Numbered from the whole stretch's first letter, positions 22,624 to 37,249 are shown. The stretch: 63,667 nucleotides of DNA, filler included, from Bonamia ostreae (GCA_040357525.1; 31 parts of 31 records of this genome joined end to end with filler, not necessarily neighbours in it); one strand, 5' to 3'. Translations and numbers: made by a program. The notes: generated from the sequence alone by a model not told the origin.

Positions 22624-24786
22624 NNNNNNNNNNNNNNNNNNNNNNNNNNNNNNNNNNNNNNNNNNNNTTAATTAATTAANNNNNNNNNNNNNNNNNNNNN
22701 NNNNNNNNNNNNNNNNNNNNNNNAAATATGGAAGTTTATCCTGCTCTTTAAAGGATTTATGAAATTGATCTTCATCTTTCTTATAGATACTGACTAAATA
22801 AGAACCTTTGGACAATGTTATCAGTTTTCAGGAAACGATGAGATGGACTATGCAATGATCGGGACATATTATTAGGAACACAATTTGTAGATAGTATAGA
22901 TTACGTGAGGTCAGTAAATTTTATGTGGGGCGAGTATGAAACTCAGACTGATCTGGAATTTGTTGACCACTTATTGTTTATATTACTTCATCTACACACT
23001 GTGTAACGAATATATCATACGGACTGCTTTTGATTACAGATTGAGAACTACTGCATCAGTGAAATAGGTAAGTTTGATATCAGAAAATAGTTTAGACTTT
23101 AATGGTAAATAAAGAACAGTGTTATTTGCAGGAAAGCTAGGATTATTTTGATTTAGATATTTCTCCCATCCTTGCAAGATTTCAATCATGCGGAATACAT
23201 TGTGACCGGAAACAACTATGACGTCACATACATGTACAAGTGGTGTGATAAACTGCGTAATTTAGTTATATTTGCATTCAATGTTTTCATATTCTGCCTT
23301 TAAAATTCACTTTTGGACGTTTGAAATTTATTTTTCCACCGCACGGATTTTCTGCTGTGCAGCTGAGCAGCCCTTTGTATGAAATATATGTGGTGTAAAC
23401 TTACGTGTCCAATGTAAGCCAATGATAATATTAGAAAAGATACTTTTCTCTTTTCGTCATTCCGTCATAGTTTTTGCGGACTTTATTTGACCATGCGTGT
23501 AGATAATTAACTAATATTTGATCTTTCTTATATTGATGACTTACAAATGAAGTTCGAGTTTTATACATGTTTCGTACATGTAGATTAATCTATTTTACCA
23601 CAGTTGTTTAGTGTTCTATATAAAATCTCAAATTACCCAATATGCTTTAAAAGACGATCGTCATTGTGTGTTAGTAAATACATAATTGATTTCTTAGTAA
23701 TTAATCTAACACTTCCGGGAATGCAATTTCGTCAAAATATAATTGAGGACACTAAAATCACCATGTACCCAATGATATTTTCCAGACACGTACATATAGC
23801 ATCGTTTTTCAAAGTGGACTAGCAAATAAAAATAACCGTTCTTCTGTCGATCTTGAAAATCTTTGGAAGAGGGGGGGAGGGGGGTATAGTGGCGTACGTC
23901 TGATTGCCAATTCAACCTCAACCCCACCCCACCCCAACCCCGAAATTTACGGGCCTGCTTTCACCATTTTGGATACCAAAGTCACCAATATGATATTATA
24001 TTTCATTTTTAATTGCACACTATGTTATTTTTACGCTCTTGGTCTTTTAATATTTCAAAATATCAGCAGCACTATACATGTGATACCAACACATATCGCC
24101 ATGTTATTTGTACTTAATGTTGTTCATCTATTCATTTTATTCTATTTCTTTTCGTGAGTGAAGAAAAATTACTGAAAAGGATAAGATGCTGACAAATCCG
24201 CGTAGGTCTTAAATCATCAATAGTCCATGTGATACTGCTGCCCNNNNNNNNNNTTTTGTTTTTTTTTTTATATTTATTAAATTTTATTTATTCTTATTAT
24301 GGCAGTATTTAGTTTTATATTCAAATTAAAATTTTTTCAGTCCCCCCCCCCCCCCCCCCCCCACACCGCTCCTCCTGACGCCAGCAATTGTTCTTGCGTG
24401 TAATCTTCTATATGAATTCATTAGTATTGTTAGTTGGAATATTGAATATCACCGTTTTATCTTCACCTTTTTATGATATAGAACAATGTTTGAAACTGCT
24501 TCTACGATCTATGTTATACGAAATTTACTTTATGAAACATGGGGCCTTTGAGAAAACAAAAAAAAATAACACCAGGTTAAAAACAAAATAGTAGGGTTCG
24601 GTATTGAAATAGAAAACAGGATCAAGCTTATCAATACATGTGAGAAACAATAAAAAAAAAAAAGGGACTACTAAATCATAACAAAANNNNNNNNNNNNNN
24701 NNNNNNNNNNNNNNNNNNNNNNNNNNNNNNTTAATTAATTAANNNNNNNNNNNNNNNNNNNNNNNNNNNNNNNNNNNNNNNNNNNN

Positions 24787-26280
24787 ATCAATAGCTCACC
24801 ATTTGGCCAAAAAAATTTTACCAAAAAATATTTTCATTTTTGAACAAACCGCAAAAGTAGGCGGACTTACTAAAAGCTCAAAAATAAACGGAAAGTACTT
24901 TTTCGAAACCGGTCCTCGTTGCTTTAACTCGAAGGGCGGCGAGGAAACATGGCGCTTGATAAAAGAATTAGGGCTTGTGAACGATGTGGTCTACCCCAAA
25001 GCGAGAGGTCGCTTGTTTTATAAAGGTTTGCAAGATTTTTGCGCCATTTTTTAAAATTTTTATAACGGAAGTGAAAAAAAATGTGAAAATTAAAATCTAG
25101 ACGGTCAGTTTGTAAACGTAGGAGCAAATTATGTCCTCAAAAAGTTTGGGCACAAAATTCTGCAAAATCTAAAAAACGGTTCGGATCGCTTCGGCGACGA
25201 AAGCGTTCACTCATTTTTTAGTAAAATCGGCGGAAAAGAGTTCGCAGACTTTTTGGACACCGCTTTTCTGGGGATCTTTGCCGGAGACTCAAAGACTCTT
25301 TCCGCAAAATCATGTTTTCCAGAATTGCATCAAATCGCGAAAAATGGCAATTTGTTGTTGGGATTACTTAAAAATGGCGATTGGCTAAATCGCGAGAAGT
25401 TTTGAAATTTCAAATTCGAAGAATCGCAAAAGGGTTCGAAATGTACTCGCTTGAAGGCGGAGTAAGTCAGATCTCAGAATCGATCTTGTCAAGATTGTCA
25501 AAAAAGGGAGTCAATTTCATAACGAGTGAAAAGGTCGATTGTCTAAATTTAGGCAAAATCGGCGAAAACTTTCAAATTGTTACACAAAATAAAAAATTGC
25601 GCACTTTCGACGTTGTCGTCTCAGCTGTCGCTTCTAGCGATTTGGCGAAGATTTTGTTATATTTTATAACGGAAAATCAAACTAGACGCAACTCGAAAAA
25701 AAATTGCAAAAATCTGCTGCAAAACCTCAAAAAAATCGAAACGACTCCGATTTTGACAACGAATATCGTCATCAAAAATAAAAAAAAGTGCAGATTTTTG
25801 GATTCTTTTGGATTTTTAGTTCCACATAACGCCAACAAACCGCTTTTAGGCGCAACTTTCGATTCAAATGCTTTCCCGAATTTTGACGAATCGGAAGAAA
25901 TGCGTTTCACTGTGATGTCCGGTGGTTTCCGCCACAGAAACGACGACGTTGTAAGGAAAATTGCATTTTCCAAAAGTCGGAAAGAGAAAATTTGGGCCGA
26001 AAAAGTGCACAATTTTCGAATTCTGTTATTTATTAAACAGATTTTGCGCAGCGAAAAAGACTTTGAAAACGATTTGGTTTTGATGAAAACGCGCAGTTTC
26101 GATTTTCCGCAATATAATGTCGGCCATGAAAAGACGGTAAAATCGATAGAAAGAAATTTGGAACATTTTCCTTCGTTGTTTGTTTCGGGGTGGAGTTATA
26201 AAGGGTTGTCTGTTAACAGTTGCATCAAAAATTCGATAAAAACGAGCAGACAGATCGTCGATTCGATTAAAACATTTTGA
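24787..26280 (+). CDS. PPOX: Protoporphyrinogen oxidase (HemY/PPOX type), 5' partial
   Basis: IFEQTAKVGG...FETGPR, DESVHSF, GIFAGD, SLEGG, FGFLVP, LLGATFDSNAFP, PQYNVGH, GWSYKGLSVNSCI. Confidence 0.88.
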
Positions 26281-27869
26281 AAATTGTCTTAAACTTCATT
26301 TTTGTAAAAGAAATTTCAAAATTTTTAATGAAACAAATAATAAATTTTCGAAGATATTTTTTAGAAAATTTCAAATTTTTTCTATTCTAACATTTGACTT
26401 CAATAATGAACCGGTTTTTGGCGGGACTGACCGAAGACGCAAGGTTTCTGACAGAAAACGCGAAACATTGGAAAGGACAGCGAAACGCGAAAATTGACAA
26501 AAAAAGGAGATTGAATGCTTATAAATACAAACAAGGATTTCTACTCGTGGGATTTTATCAATGAGAAAAAAGAACGGATCGGAATCTTCGTTGCGACGAA
26601 ACCAGAGTTCTGCTACATTTGTACAATAGTCAAAAATTTTCGATTGCTATTCCTGTCAGCTTTTGCTATTAGCAATGAATTTTTGAATAAAAAATTAAAA
26701 ATTTGAAATGAAAACTGTTTTTTCGCAAGAAAACAAGAAAAGAGTTAAGNNNNNNNNNNNNNNNNNNNNNNNNNNNNNNNNNNNNNNNNNNNNTTAATTA
26801 ATTAANNNNNNNNNNNNNNNNNNNNNNNNNNNNNNNNNNNNNNNNNNNNGTCATTTTAAATATATATTAACAGATTTATATGTTTTTTTTTAAATATATG
26901 ATGTATTAATACTTTATCATTTTTAATACATTTGACCTTTAGACAAAAAAATATGGATTTTCCAAATATGTTTAGGTAAAATTGGAGAATAGCACCATAT
27001 AAAACGCTTATTTAGCGTTTATCTAGAATGACATCAAAGTATTTAACCTTATTTGCAACCTCCTCTAGAACTAGTATTAACTCTGAAGATAGGACAAACA
27101 ACACATATTATAGTTTTTCTAGGTCACACGTAACCTAGGAATGTGGATTTAAATTAACGCCCCGACCGAAGTTTTTAAAGGCAACATCGTCAAATTCATC
27201 TCCTGTCTTTACGTCAGTTTGGAAACGAAAACAGCGGAATTCGCACCCATGCATTCATTAATACATATGTACAGTTAGTCCTATTATTAAGCAATAGCGT
27301 CTTTTCTGAAAATTTTTATTTTTGAAATGTTTTGTAATTTGTTAATCAGTGAAAAATCACATGAATGATCTTGCGCCAACCTGCTTCGTGAGATTTAGAA
27401 TTAAAATATTAAAATAAAATATTAAAAAAATTAAAAATAATTGCGATTTTTTTTGTTTAAAATAAAAAATTAAAAGTTAAAAATATAAATTTTGTAATGA
27501 AATTAAAATAGATAAAAGTAAAAATAAAAAATTTAACTAAATATTGAAAATAACTAATAAAATAAAGTGTTGGAATAATCATACAAAACTAGAATTTCTG
27601 AAGTAAATAAATAATAAATTTCTGAAGTAAAATTAAGAATTAATTATTAACAAAAAAGTAGCAAAGAAAAAGAATTTATAAGGAACAATAAAATTAATTA
27701 TATTTTTAAGAAATACCTATAGCGTCCTTCATGCTTTGGAATGGAAATGAAGGGTCACATGTCTTGATTAAATCACTATTAACTTAAAAAATCTAAATAG
27801 CTCCCAACTAATAATATTGAACATATTAATTGTTTATAATAATATTTAGACTCTTTTAGCATTTCAATA

Positions 27870-28475
27870 ATGACGTCAAGAAAAAGAAAGAAAGCTGACA
27901 TTAACAAATTATTGGGGAAAAAGATTAATTATAATGTTTGTTTGCTATATTATAGCTAAGATTTGAAAAGAAGAATTCGTATGATGAATTCTATTTAGAT
28001 TTTCAAGGACCGAAAAACAGTTTTTTATTTAATTATAGCACCTTATGAATTAGGAAAATGGCGAGTTCATGTAAGCTTACCTGAAAATTACCCATTTAAC
28101 TCTCCATCGATTGGATTTTGTACAAAAATATTTCATCCAAATATCGATGAGAGTTATTAATTTAAATTTAAAGAGTCAGGATCTGTTTGTCTTAATGTTA
28201 TAAATGAAACTTGGAGCCCAATGTATGATTTGAATAATGTTTTTGAAGAATTTTTACCTCAACTATTACGGTATCCAAATACATCTGATCCATTAAACAG
28301 CTATGCTGCTAATTTGTGGGAAAAGGATAAGAAAAAATGCGATATGATTATTAAAAAGTATATATCCGAGTTTTGTGATTGTAATGTTAAATCTTCCTCA
28401 TCGTCTATTTTAAAAACAGATCTAAATTCAACTGAAAGTGATCGATTTTCAGCAATTTCATCAATTGACGATTAA
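27870..28475 (+). CDS. UBE2H: Ubiquitin-conjugating enzyme Ubc8/UBE2H
   Basis: [31 protein letters not shown]...[48 protein letters not shown]; introns of 20, 19 and 21 nt at 27936-27955, 28020-28038, 28153-28173. Confidence 0.9.
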
Positions 28476-29623
28476 TATGAAGATCCGAATAAGAGACAAT
28501 AAATAAATTTATTTACATACTAATGAATCAAAATATTAATAAAAGCAAAAAATAAGGATAAAATTTCAGCTCGACTTACGCTATAGACTGCATATGCCAT
28601 TACTCTCTCTTGTAGAAGCCTCAATGATTCACAAAACATCTTTAAAAAATAGATAAATATTATTGGGATAGAGACAAATAAGGATGAAAAAATGTATGTC
28701 TAAGAATCTTCGAAACAGAAGGATAGCCCGTAGATGAAGAAAAAATACGTATATATTATTTATTTTATTATTTAGCTTTTTGAAAATGGAATAAATTTAA
28801 TTTTTCATTCACNNNNNNNNNNNNNNNNNNNNNNNNNNNNNNNNNNNNNNNNNNNNTTAATTAATTAANNNNNNNNNNNNNNNNNNNNNNNNNNNNNNNN
28901 NNNNNNNNNNNNGTTCCACCCTTTCAAGCACTCCGTGTATTTTTCATAAACGCAGTTTATTTTGACGTACATATACGTTCGAGTAGTTTCCAGAAAGTGA
29001 ACCCATACTTTGTAAGGCGCCATAGAAATATGTTGATACTCGGGTAGGGTTACACGTCTCTAAAATATAGTTTCATCACCTGATCTCGATTGATACACCG
29101 ATAATGTAAGTAGTCAGCATTCATGGAGAAAGGAAATATAAGAATCATGTTATTCTGTTGCTCGCACGTTCCAATTCGTTGATTGTTTTGGCGAGCTCAG
29201 CTACATATACATGTGGGGATTCTGAATTATTTGGGGAGAAATTTAGTCTTGCTTTGTTTTCGTATGATAAATAATTCATGGCATGATGTTTGGGACATAG
29301 GAAGATGTATTCAACCACGAAAAATCCAGGGTGAATATATCTTCAGATCTTCTTCGCTTTCATACAAGAAATGCATGCTGTAGTATTGCATATTATACAT
29401 ATTGTAATTAGTAACTTTTATCATTTTGATACGCATTATGATTATGGTTTAATGTTTGTATTAACATAATTGAAATTGTGCCTTCATTGATTTTTTTTCT
29501 GGAACTATGTACGGAAAACTCTACAACAATCATATTACAGATAAAGGAATTTCCATATATATAAATCAAAATCCTTCATGTCAACGTATAATAAAGGATA
29601 TATTTGATGTTTTATATACTAAC

Positions 29624-29743
29624 CTGATTTACATACACCTAGGCAGCCAAGAATACACGACCCGTTTCCCCTGAAACAAAGATCATCCACACAATTCAGA
29701 CACCGTTCCTCACAGGTATGTCCATAATATGTCTTTCCACATT
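29624..29743 (-). CDS. Downstream EGF-like exon of the same gene
   Basis: ttttag|ECGKTYYGHTCEERCLNCVDDLCFRGNGSCILGC...; donor position uncertain. Confidence 0.65.
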
Positions 29744-29993
29744 CTAAAATTGAAAAAAGAAGTTTATCAAACAATTCCGACACAGCGAACTCTTATAGAA
29801 AATTCATATAATTTCCATCTTTTCCCTACATATTAGAAGTTACCCTTCATTTGCATATTTTATTGAAATGTACATACAAATATATTGATGAGAGAGTATG
29901 ACGCTCTAAATGAAATGCTACGGGATTCGTAGACATTTTGATGAGATTATATAGCAATATGCTTTATCGCTATTTCTTTCTTTTCTATCTTAC

Positions 29994-30734
29994 CGTTACA
30001 AAAGGGTTCCTGCCAGCCCTCAATACAGCCTTGATTACAAGATCCATTATTTTGGTAGCATGTGTTGTGTAGGCAAAATGTTGACTGTAAGCATGGGGTT
30101 TCGCAATCATTTCCAAACTGGCCAGGTTTACATCCTTCGCTGCATTCCTCGTTATCCTGATTGCATTTATTGTTCTTGCAATTGGGAGGACATGAATATG
30201 TACAATTATGTCCAAAAAATCCATTGTTGCAACCTTTTATGCATTTACCATAATAGCCATCACAAATATTATCGACACAATTAGAACTACATTTTGTGTC
30301 ACATTTGTATCCATGATATCTAGTTATACAGCCTCGTGAGTCACAGTGTCCAGTATATCCATTACACTGTTTATTTATGCATTGTGGACTACATGGGAAG
30401 GTGCAACTGTCTCCATAAAATCCCGTTTCGCATGAATTCAGACATTTTCCAGATTTTTTTTCACACTCATATCTTCCATTGTAGACTAGGCATTTTCCAC
30501 ATGTCTTATCACAGAGACTTCCCCAAAAGCCATAACTACAGTATGATCCTTTACAAACACCCGATGCATCACACCCCATGTGATTACAGTTTGAACAGTT
30601 GTACTGACACTTGTTGCCATAGGACTTGAAATGGCATCCTAAACAATCGCCGTTTTGTGAATCGCAGTAGGAATTGGAACATTTACTGCTGCACTTATTA
30701 CTGCAGTTCTCTCCGTAGTGTGTTGCATCACATA
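29994..30734 (-). CDS. Exon of a MEGF10/SCARF-like multiple EGF-repeat protein (metazoan host)
   Basis: 741-nt phase-1 exon (catag| ... |gtaaga) with repeated CxxGxYGxxCxxxCxxxC units; family strongly expanded in bivalves. Confidence 0.85.
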
Positions 30735-31107
30735 CTATGAATTATAAATATCTGAAAAACACTGTGTATTGCATAAGATATGGTCTCGTAAATTAAAACA
30801 AAACCGATGGGAAAAAGCTATAAGCAAAACCTGAGCTACCTTTTTGTGTAGAAAACAAACCACGGTACCTCAATNNNNNNNNNNNNNNNNNNNNNNNNNN
30901 NNNNNNNNNNNNNNNNNNTTAATTAATTAANNNNNNNNNNNNNNNNNNNNNNNNNNNNNNNNNNNNNNNNNNNNAACAAAACAAAAAATTAAAAAAAAAA
31001 AAAAACAAATATGTAAAAAATAAATCAAAACGACATTTTTTGCAATCAAATCGATCTTTACTGTTAAAATTTAGCAAATCATTAAAAGATAAGCTAAACT
31101 CCGAGAA

Positions 31108-32925
31108 ATGGCTTCACAGCAAAAAACACAAAAATTCGACATAGAATCAGTTTAATCACTTTTAAAAATCGCCAAAGGATTGGAAAACGCTTTCTGAAAT
31201 AGGAATAAACCCGTTTTTCGAAAGAGTCGAAAATTGCTCATCCACCGAATTAAAAAACATGAACATTCCACAAAAAAGCTATTTGAAATGCTACAGTCTT
31301 GTTTATGCCATGTGCAACCAAAAACCGCCGCCCGATTACGCGGCCTTATTATACGAAAAACATTCAAAAATTTTGGAGAACTATTGTAATCGAGTTTCCA
31401 AACAAAAACTCGAAAGTTTAGAAATTTTAAATTTACGAAAATTAAAATTTGTTTAAAAGAAGTAAAAGATAAAATTCCAAAATTTTTAATTGAATGGATA
31501 ACGCGCTGGGAAAAATATAAATGGATCGTCTCCGGCCTTCGCCGCATATTTTTATACATCGTTTTTTTACAATAAAAAAAGGATCGCTTTCACGTCGAAG
31601 AAAACAAACAAATCGCCACTTTGACAGAAAAAGGCTATTTTTTGTACAAAAATTTGGTTTTTGGAAATTTTGCAAAATCTGTCGCTGCAAATTTGATCCA
31701 AATTTACCAAAACGAACGCTCACAATATTTTAGTAATTTGATTCGAGATTGTCTAAAAGTTAAAAATTTTGAATTTTGAAAAAACTGATTATTGAAATTT
31801 AGGTCTTTGAAGAAATCGACGAATTCTGTAATGAAAAGTTTTACGAAAACGTGTTCGAAAAAATGTTTTTCGAACATTCCGCAACGACATTTAACAAATG
31901 CGCGGCAAATTTTATCGAAGAGAAAATGGATTTCAGATCTTTTCTGGAAAACGTAAATTTGTAATTTGTGAAATTAGACCGAAATTTTTTTAGAAGAAGA
32001 AAGAAAACGATCGCAGAAAACATTCAACGTTAAAACGTGCAAACAACTTGAGCAAATTGCGATCGACATTTTTTTGGACCGGCACCACAAAAACTTTTTT
32101 TCCAAAGAAGAAACCACTTTGCGCAATTTGTTTCGAGAACGAAATCTCGATCTCCTCGCGAAAACCTTTTCTTTGTACAAACTCGAATCCTCGAAAAAAG
32201 GTTCCGCTCTCATTCTGAGGGCGTTCGGACATCACATCTCCGATCGATTCGAGACTTTTTATAAGACGAATCAGCCCAAATGGCTGAAATTCTTCTGGAA
32301 AATCGACGACCACAAAATCAAAAAATTTCAAAACAACAACGAAACGACGAAACGCCCAATTTCAAAATCGGAAGACGAAAAGAGGAAAAACGGAATGAAC
32401 AATGGCAATGAAGAAAGTACCTTGGATGTTGGAGCCGACAGAATAGATTTCGGGGAATGGATAGAATGGCATCAGAGAACCACAAATTGCGTTTTGGAGG
32501 AACATCGAGAAAGCCAGAAAATCATTGAAGCGGTTTTCAATGGCGATGTTGGAGTGAATGCGGTGGTCCATCGCGAGACTGAGCGATTTCTGAACAGCCG
32601 CGAGAGATTTGCGCCTGCGCTCGCTCAATTGCTGAACGACGCTTTGGCCGCAAGGCGGAATTACAGAAAGAAGACGAACTCGGCGGTCGAAACGAGGAAA
32701 GTTGTGGCGCTGCATCGCTTCGTGCGAGAGAAAAAGCTTTTCGAAAAAGTGTTTTTGTTGTTGATGGCGGAACGGCATTTGAACGAGAATGTAAAATCGC
32801 GTGCGTTTGAAATTCGGTTGCTCGAAGCGCTGAGCGCAGTGTCGGGAATAAACTGGAAAGAGCGTTTTGATTGGATTTGTTTAGAAAAAATGGAGTTTAA
32901 GAAGTTGCAACAGAGTTGTTTTAGG
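31108..32925 (+). CDS. Cullin family protein (CUL1-like N-terminus), spliced, 3' partial
   Basis: YLKCYSLVYAMCNQKPPPDYAALLYEK and RWEKYKW...LRRIFLYI match cullin repeat 1; later FVREKKLFEKVFLLLMAERHLNE matches the cullin homology domain; short introns. Confidence 0.82.
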
Positions 32926-33195
32926 TTTATTGNNNNNNNNNNNNNNNNNNNNNNNNNNNNNNNNNNNNNNNNNNNNTTAATTAATTAANNNNNNNNNNNN
33001 NNNNNNNNNNNNNNNNNNNNNNNNNNNNNNNNTCTAGATAAGATTTAAGTTGTTACATCAATTGTTGTAAGTTCTCTCTTTTGCCAAGCTTTAACTACAA
33101 CATAATATTGACATTTTAAATAGTTACTTGAGCTTCACAAATGGATGAGCAACTTAAGAAGAACTCATATAAAAATAAAAATTTTGAACTAAAAT

Positions 33196-34990
33196 ATGGC
33201 CCGTAAAACAACCAAAAACAACAAAAAAGTGGAAAAAGAAACAAACACAAATAATTTTATCCAGACAGTTATCTTGGCTGTCAGCGAAAGCGAAAACTTT
33301 TTCCCTTTGACAAAAACAATCCCCAAATTATTGCTTCCCATTGCAAACGTCCCAGCGATCGATTATATTCTGGAAATGCTTCAAAAGGTCGACACTGAAG
33401 AAATTTTGATCATCTCTTCATCCGAACATTGTGAAAAAGTTTTCTCTAAAATAAATTTTATTTAAATTTTTGCAAAGATTCAAAGATACTTAGACAGCTC
33501 AAAGTACTCCAGAAACAAAATTTTTATCTTTAAACTAATTCCTGTCATCAGTCAAAACGGGTTTTCAATAAAATAAATCAAGGAACTGCGACGCGTTAAG
33601 AAGAATTGAACAAATGGACATTATAAGATCCGAACCTTTTATTCTAATAAGTTCGATTCCTGTGACCAATTTTGATTTGAAACCCGTTATTGAAATTCAC
33701 AGGTCTGATTTTTTTCAAATTAACATTTTCTTAAATTCAAATAGACGAAACTTCAAAGAAAATCGACACAATTTCATAACTTGCGTAATGAAAGAATATC
33801 CAAAAAATCACCGCAATCTGTTTAATTTTCACATTTTTTAAAGATCTGTAACGGACAATAATTTTATTGTGGTAACAACGCCAACAAAAACTTCATCGAT
33901 AGAAAGAATATTAAATTTTAGTCAAAACTGGGACAATTTTGACATTTCCAAATTTGTCCAAAATGGCCAATTGAACATTAGACAAGGCTTTGTCGATATC
34001 GGCATCGACATTTGTTCTTTGTCTGTTTTAAGACTTTGTTTCGATAACTTTGATTATCGCTTGTTGCGTCTACATTTACTAAAAAACGCAATTGAAAGCG
34101 AAATCGAAGAAATGATAGCTCATATTTATGTACCGGACGAAAAAGATTATTTTGGTGTTGTTAAAGAAATGAAATCATTCGATTCTGTGACGTTTTTAGT
34201 TTTGTTATGTCAAATTTTTTATTTTTTTTTTGATTTTTGCTAAATTGTCCAATTAAACTTTCGATTAAAATATTTTGGATTAATTTTTGATATTGGCTAA
34301 ACTTATGAACTGTAGAAAAGATATAATTGGGAATTGGGCATATCCTTTAGGACCTCAAAACAACTTTTATGAATTTGGACTTGAAATTATGGAACAAAGT
34401 TTCATCCATCCTTCGGCTCAAATTTCAAGGTTCGAAATTAAATTTGAAAAGACAAATATCTAATTTTGTGATTTTTTGCAAAAAGTGATTAATTTGTTGT
34501 AACTAATTTTGTATTTTAAAGATAATTGCAAAAAAGTGATTAATTTGTTGCAACTAATTTTGCTTTTTTAAAGAAGAAGTAATTTGTAACTAATTTTGCT
34601 TTTTATAAAAAATAATTAAAAAGCACCGCAAAAATAAAATCTGGTTGCATAATCGCCCAAAATTGCAAAATAGGAGCGAATTCAATATTGGAAAAAACTG
34701 TTTTGGGACCATTTTCCCAAATCGGAGAAAACAACAAAATAGAAAACAGTTATTTTTTGTCTGGTGCCACTATACAAGACAATTGTTCGGTTTTGTACTC
34801 TTTTTCTGGCAACAATGTTACCATCGGTAAAAATTGCTTGTTGAACCATGCAACTGTTGTCGCTGATAACGTTAAAATTGATGAAAACACAACGACAAAA
34901 CAATTTTCAGTGATTAAATAAAACAGATTTTTAAACACCAAAAAAATGGTTTTGAATGTACGACGAATTTCGTTGACAACTTTGAAAAAA
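33196..34990 (+). CDS. EIF2B5: Translation initiation factor eIF2B epsilon-like subunit, spliced, 3' partial
   Basis: QTVILA...FFPLTKTIPKLLLPIANVPAIDYILEML, DIGIDICS, FDNFDY, DIIGNWAYP, then hexapeptide left-handed beta-helix repeats. Confidence 0.8.
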
Positions 34991-36224
34991 NNNNNNNNNN
35001 NNNNNNNNNNNNNNNNNNNNNNNNNNNNNNNNNNTTAATTAATTAANNNNNNNNNNNNNNNNNNNNNNNNNNNNNNNNNNNNNNNNNNNNTGGGATAGTT
35101 ATCATTGCACTTGTTTTGAACACAATATTGGATAGAAAAAGAGTAGTACGATTAAACAAATTCATGAATTTATCTAAATGATAGTATATAGGATATGTTT
35201 ACGATTATCGTTTTTGCAATTTATAGATTTGTTGCTTAATGTTTGCCTATTTCCCTTGATGTTCAATCTTTATTTTACCGTACTTGAACGAATCATGATT
35301 ACATAATTGGACATGCCTATGACTATTGCATGCTTCACTCGGCCCAACGGGAACACTGTATATGTATATTAATTGAATATTTCAACATAAATATGGGATA
35401 AACTGAAATCATCTCGATTTTCATAAAGTTGACTTTATGTCTCTGTTTATTAAGATATCTAAGTAAAAAGCAGATGCTTTGATTGAGCTGTATCGAATTT
35501 ACGTATGAATGGAAATTATTATTGCGTGGACCATGAGGTTGACGCGGTAAATGTATAAACAATGTTAACGCGGATGACATGGGGAAAGTCAGCTTGTACT
35601 TGGATGTTTTCACTGGAGCCAATCGGAACATCGATCGACATTTTTTGTCAAGGAGAGAAAAAAGAGCCGTCCGCTTTGACAAAAAGGTCGTATTGAACCG
35701 AAGCTTGATGAAGCAACATTTATTGATTGATTGGAGCCCAACCAGTAGCGCATGACCGTACATATCTATCGAATACAAGGAAAGAATCAGGGACTCTCGA
35801 TAAAGGTTGTTCAAATTATTTGAGAAATATCATTGAACTTTTGAAATAATAATCTGCATTCAAATTTGCTCATCTTAAACATTAATATTTATTATGTCAT
35901 AGTATGACACTTTTTCCTTCATATCAAAATTAATCATACAAGGCATTCACCAGCTACTGTCTCTCGTTTATATAGAATTTTGTTGTACCTAGAGGCATAA
36001 CAGTTTCGTAGATGCACGACTTGACTGTCACACATCTATGTACAATTTTAAAGAAAATACTGTAAATATAACTTTAATACCATTTGGCACATCCAGAAAA
36101 TCCAAAAGAGGAAAGTAGTGACCCTAGTTTGTTCCTTTTTTCTTTGTCGAGAAAAAGGTATGGATCGCATTTAACACCGTGGGATGACAAAAGTAATCCT
36201 TTGTTTAAAAAACGCAATCAACGG

Positions 36225-36960
36225 AACAAGAGGCACATGAACCACATCCCATATATGAGTCACATTGGCCCTTCATGCTGTTGTTCAGCCATTGTAATTT
36301 GACAAGACTTGAAAAGTATATTTTCAAAGATTTATCCTTTGTATCCCTTTCAAAACTGTGATGGTCTATTGCGATTCCATCCTACCCCGGGAACGATATT
36401 TTGAAGAATGTTCAAACTGCACTCCTTCGGAATGATTGTATATTGGCATGAATATTATTGCCCCTGCTGTAAGATTTTTAGAGATATTTCCCATATATGC
36501 AGGTGTAATCCTTACCATACCTCGAAGGACCACAATTTGAACACATTTGAATGCTCAAATGTCAGTGTACGAAACCATGGCTCTGTTTTTTAGAGAAGAC
36601 AATTTTTAAAGGATCTATCCTATATATAATCGTGGAAAACTTTGATCCCTTATTGTGCATACATCCTACAATCGGTGGACATAATGTGAACAAACTTCAA
36701 ACTGCACAACGTACCTAAGCACAATTGCATCTTAATATAAATATTCATGATTCTCCTGTAAGAGATTTAAAGATATTTTTCATATATTCCTATCTAAAAT
36801 TTTGATCCACATTGCGACCACACCCTACCAGAATGTAAACAAGGTGATTATACACTACCTGGTAATGCTTCAATATTAGTATAAGTAGCCATGGTATTGT
36901 TCTTTTTGAGCAGAGGATTTTCAAAAGATTTATGCTATATATCACGATGTGAATCTTTGA
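36225..36960 (+). mobile_element. Oyster-type non-autonomous Helitron/Helentron (HINE)-like repeat with degenerate internal satellite-like units
   Basis: Begins AACAAGAGGCACATGAACCACATC; related terminus in reverse at 59865-59900; internal degenerate gaagattttt / tttgaacaaact / accctacc motifs. Family assignment is from recall. Confidence 0.5.
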
Positions 36961-37249
36961 TACTATGAAACTGGATAAGATACAACACTCACCGAAACAG
37001 TAAGCCGAGTTGCAGGATGGCGTCGATTTAAGTTCGAAAACCAGGTGTNNNNNNNNNNNNNNNNNNNNNNNNNNNNNNNNNNNNNNNNNNNNTTAATTAA
37101 TTAANNNNNNNNNNNNNNNNNNNNNNNNNNNNNNNNNNNNNNNNNNNNCATTGAACAAATGTTTTTGGTTAACAGATTTTGTTTTAAAATTTATCAGAAG
37201 ACGGCCAATTTTGCTGGAACGGATCAAATTCAAATGGAAAATGAAAAAT

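Noticed and set aside
29624-30734. EGF-repeat gene as a horizontally acquired parasite surface protein
   Set aside because: Separate contig with long metazoan-style introns; best explained as host DNA
35335-35814. 159-aa minus-strand ORF
   Set aside because: No motif or splice support, in a repeat-rich host-type contig
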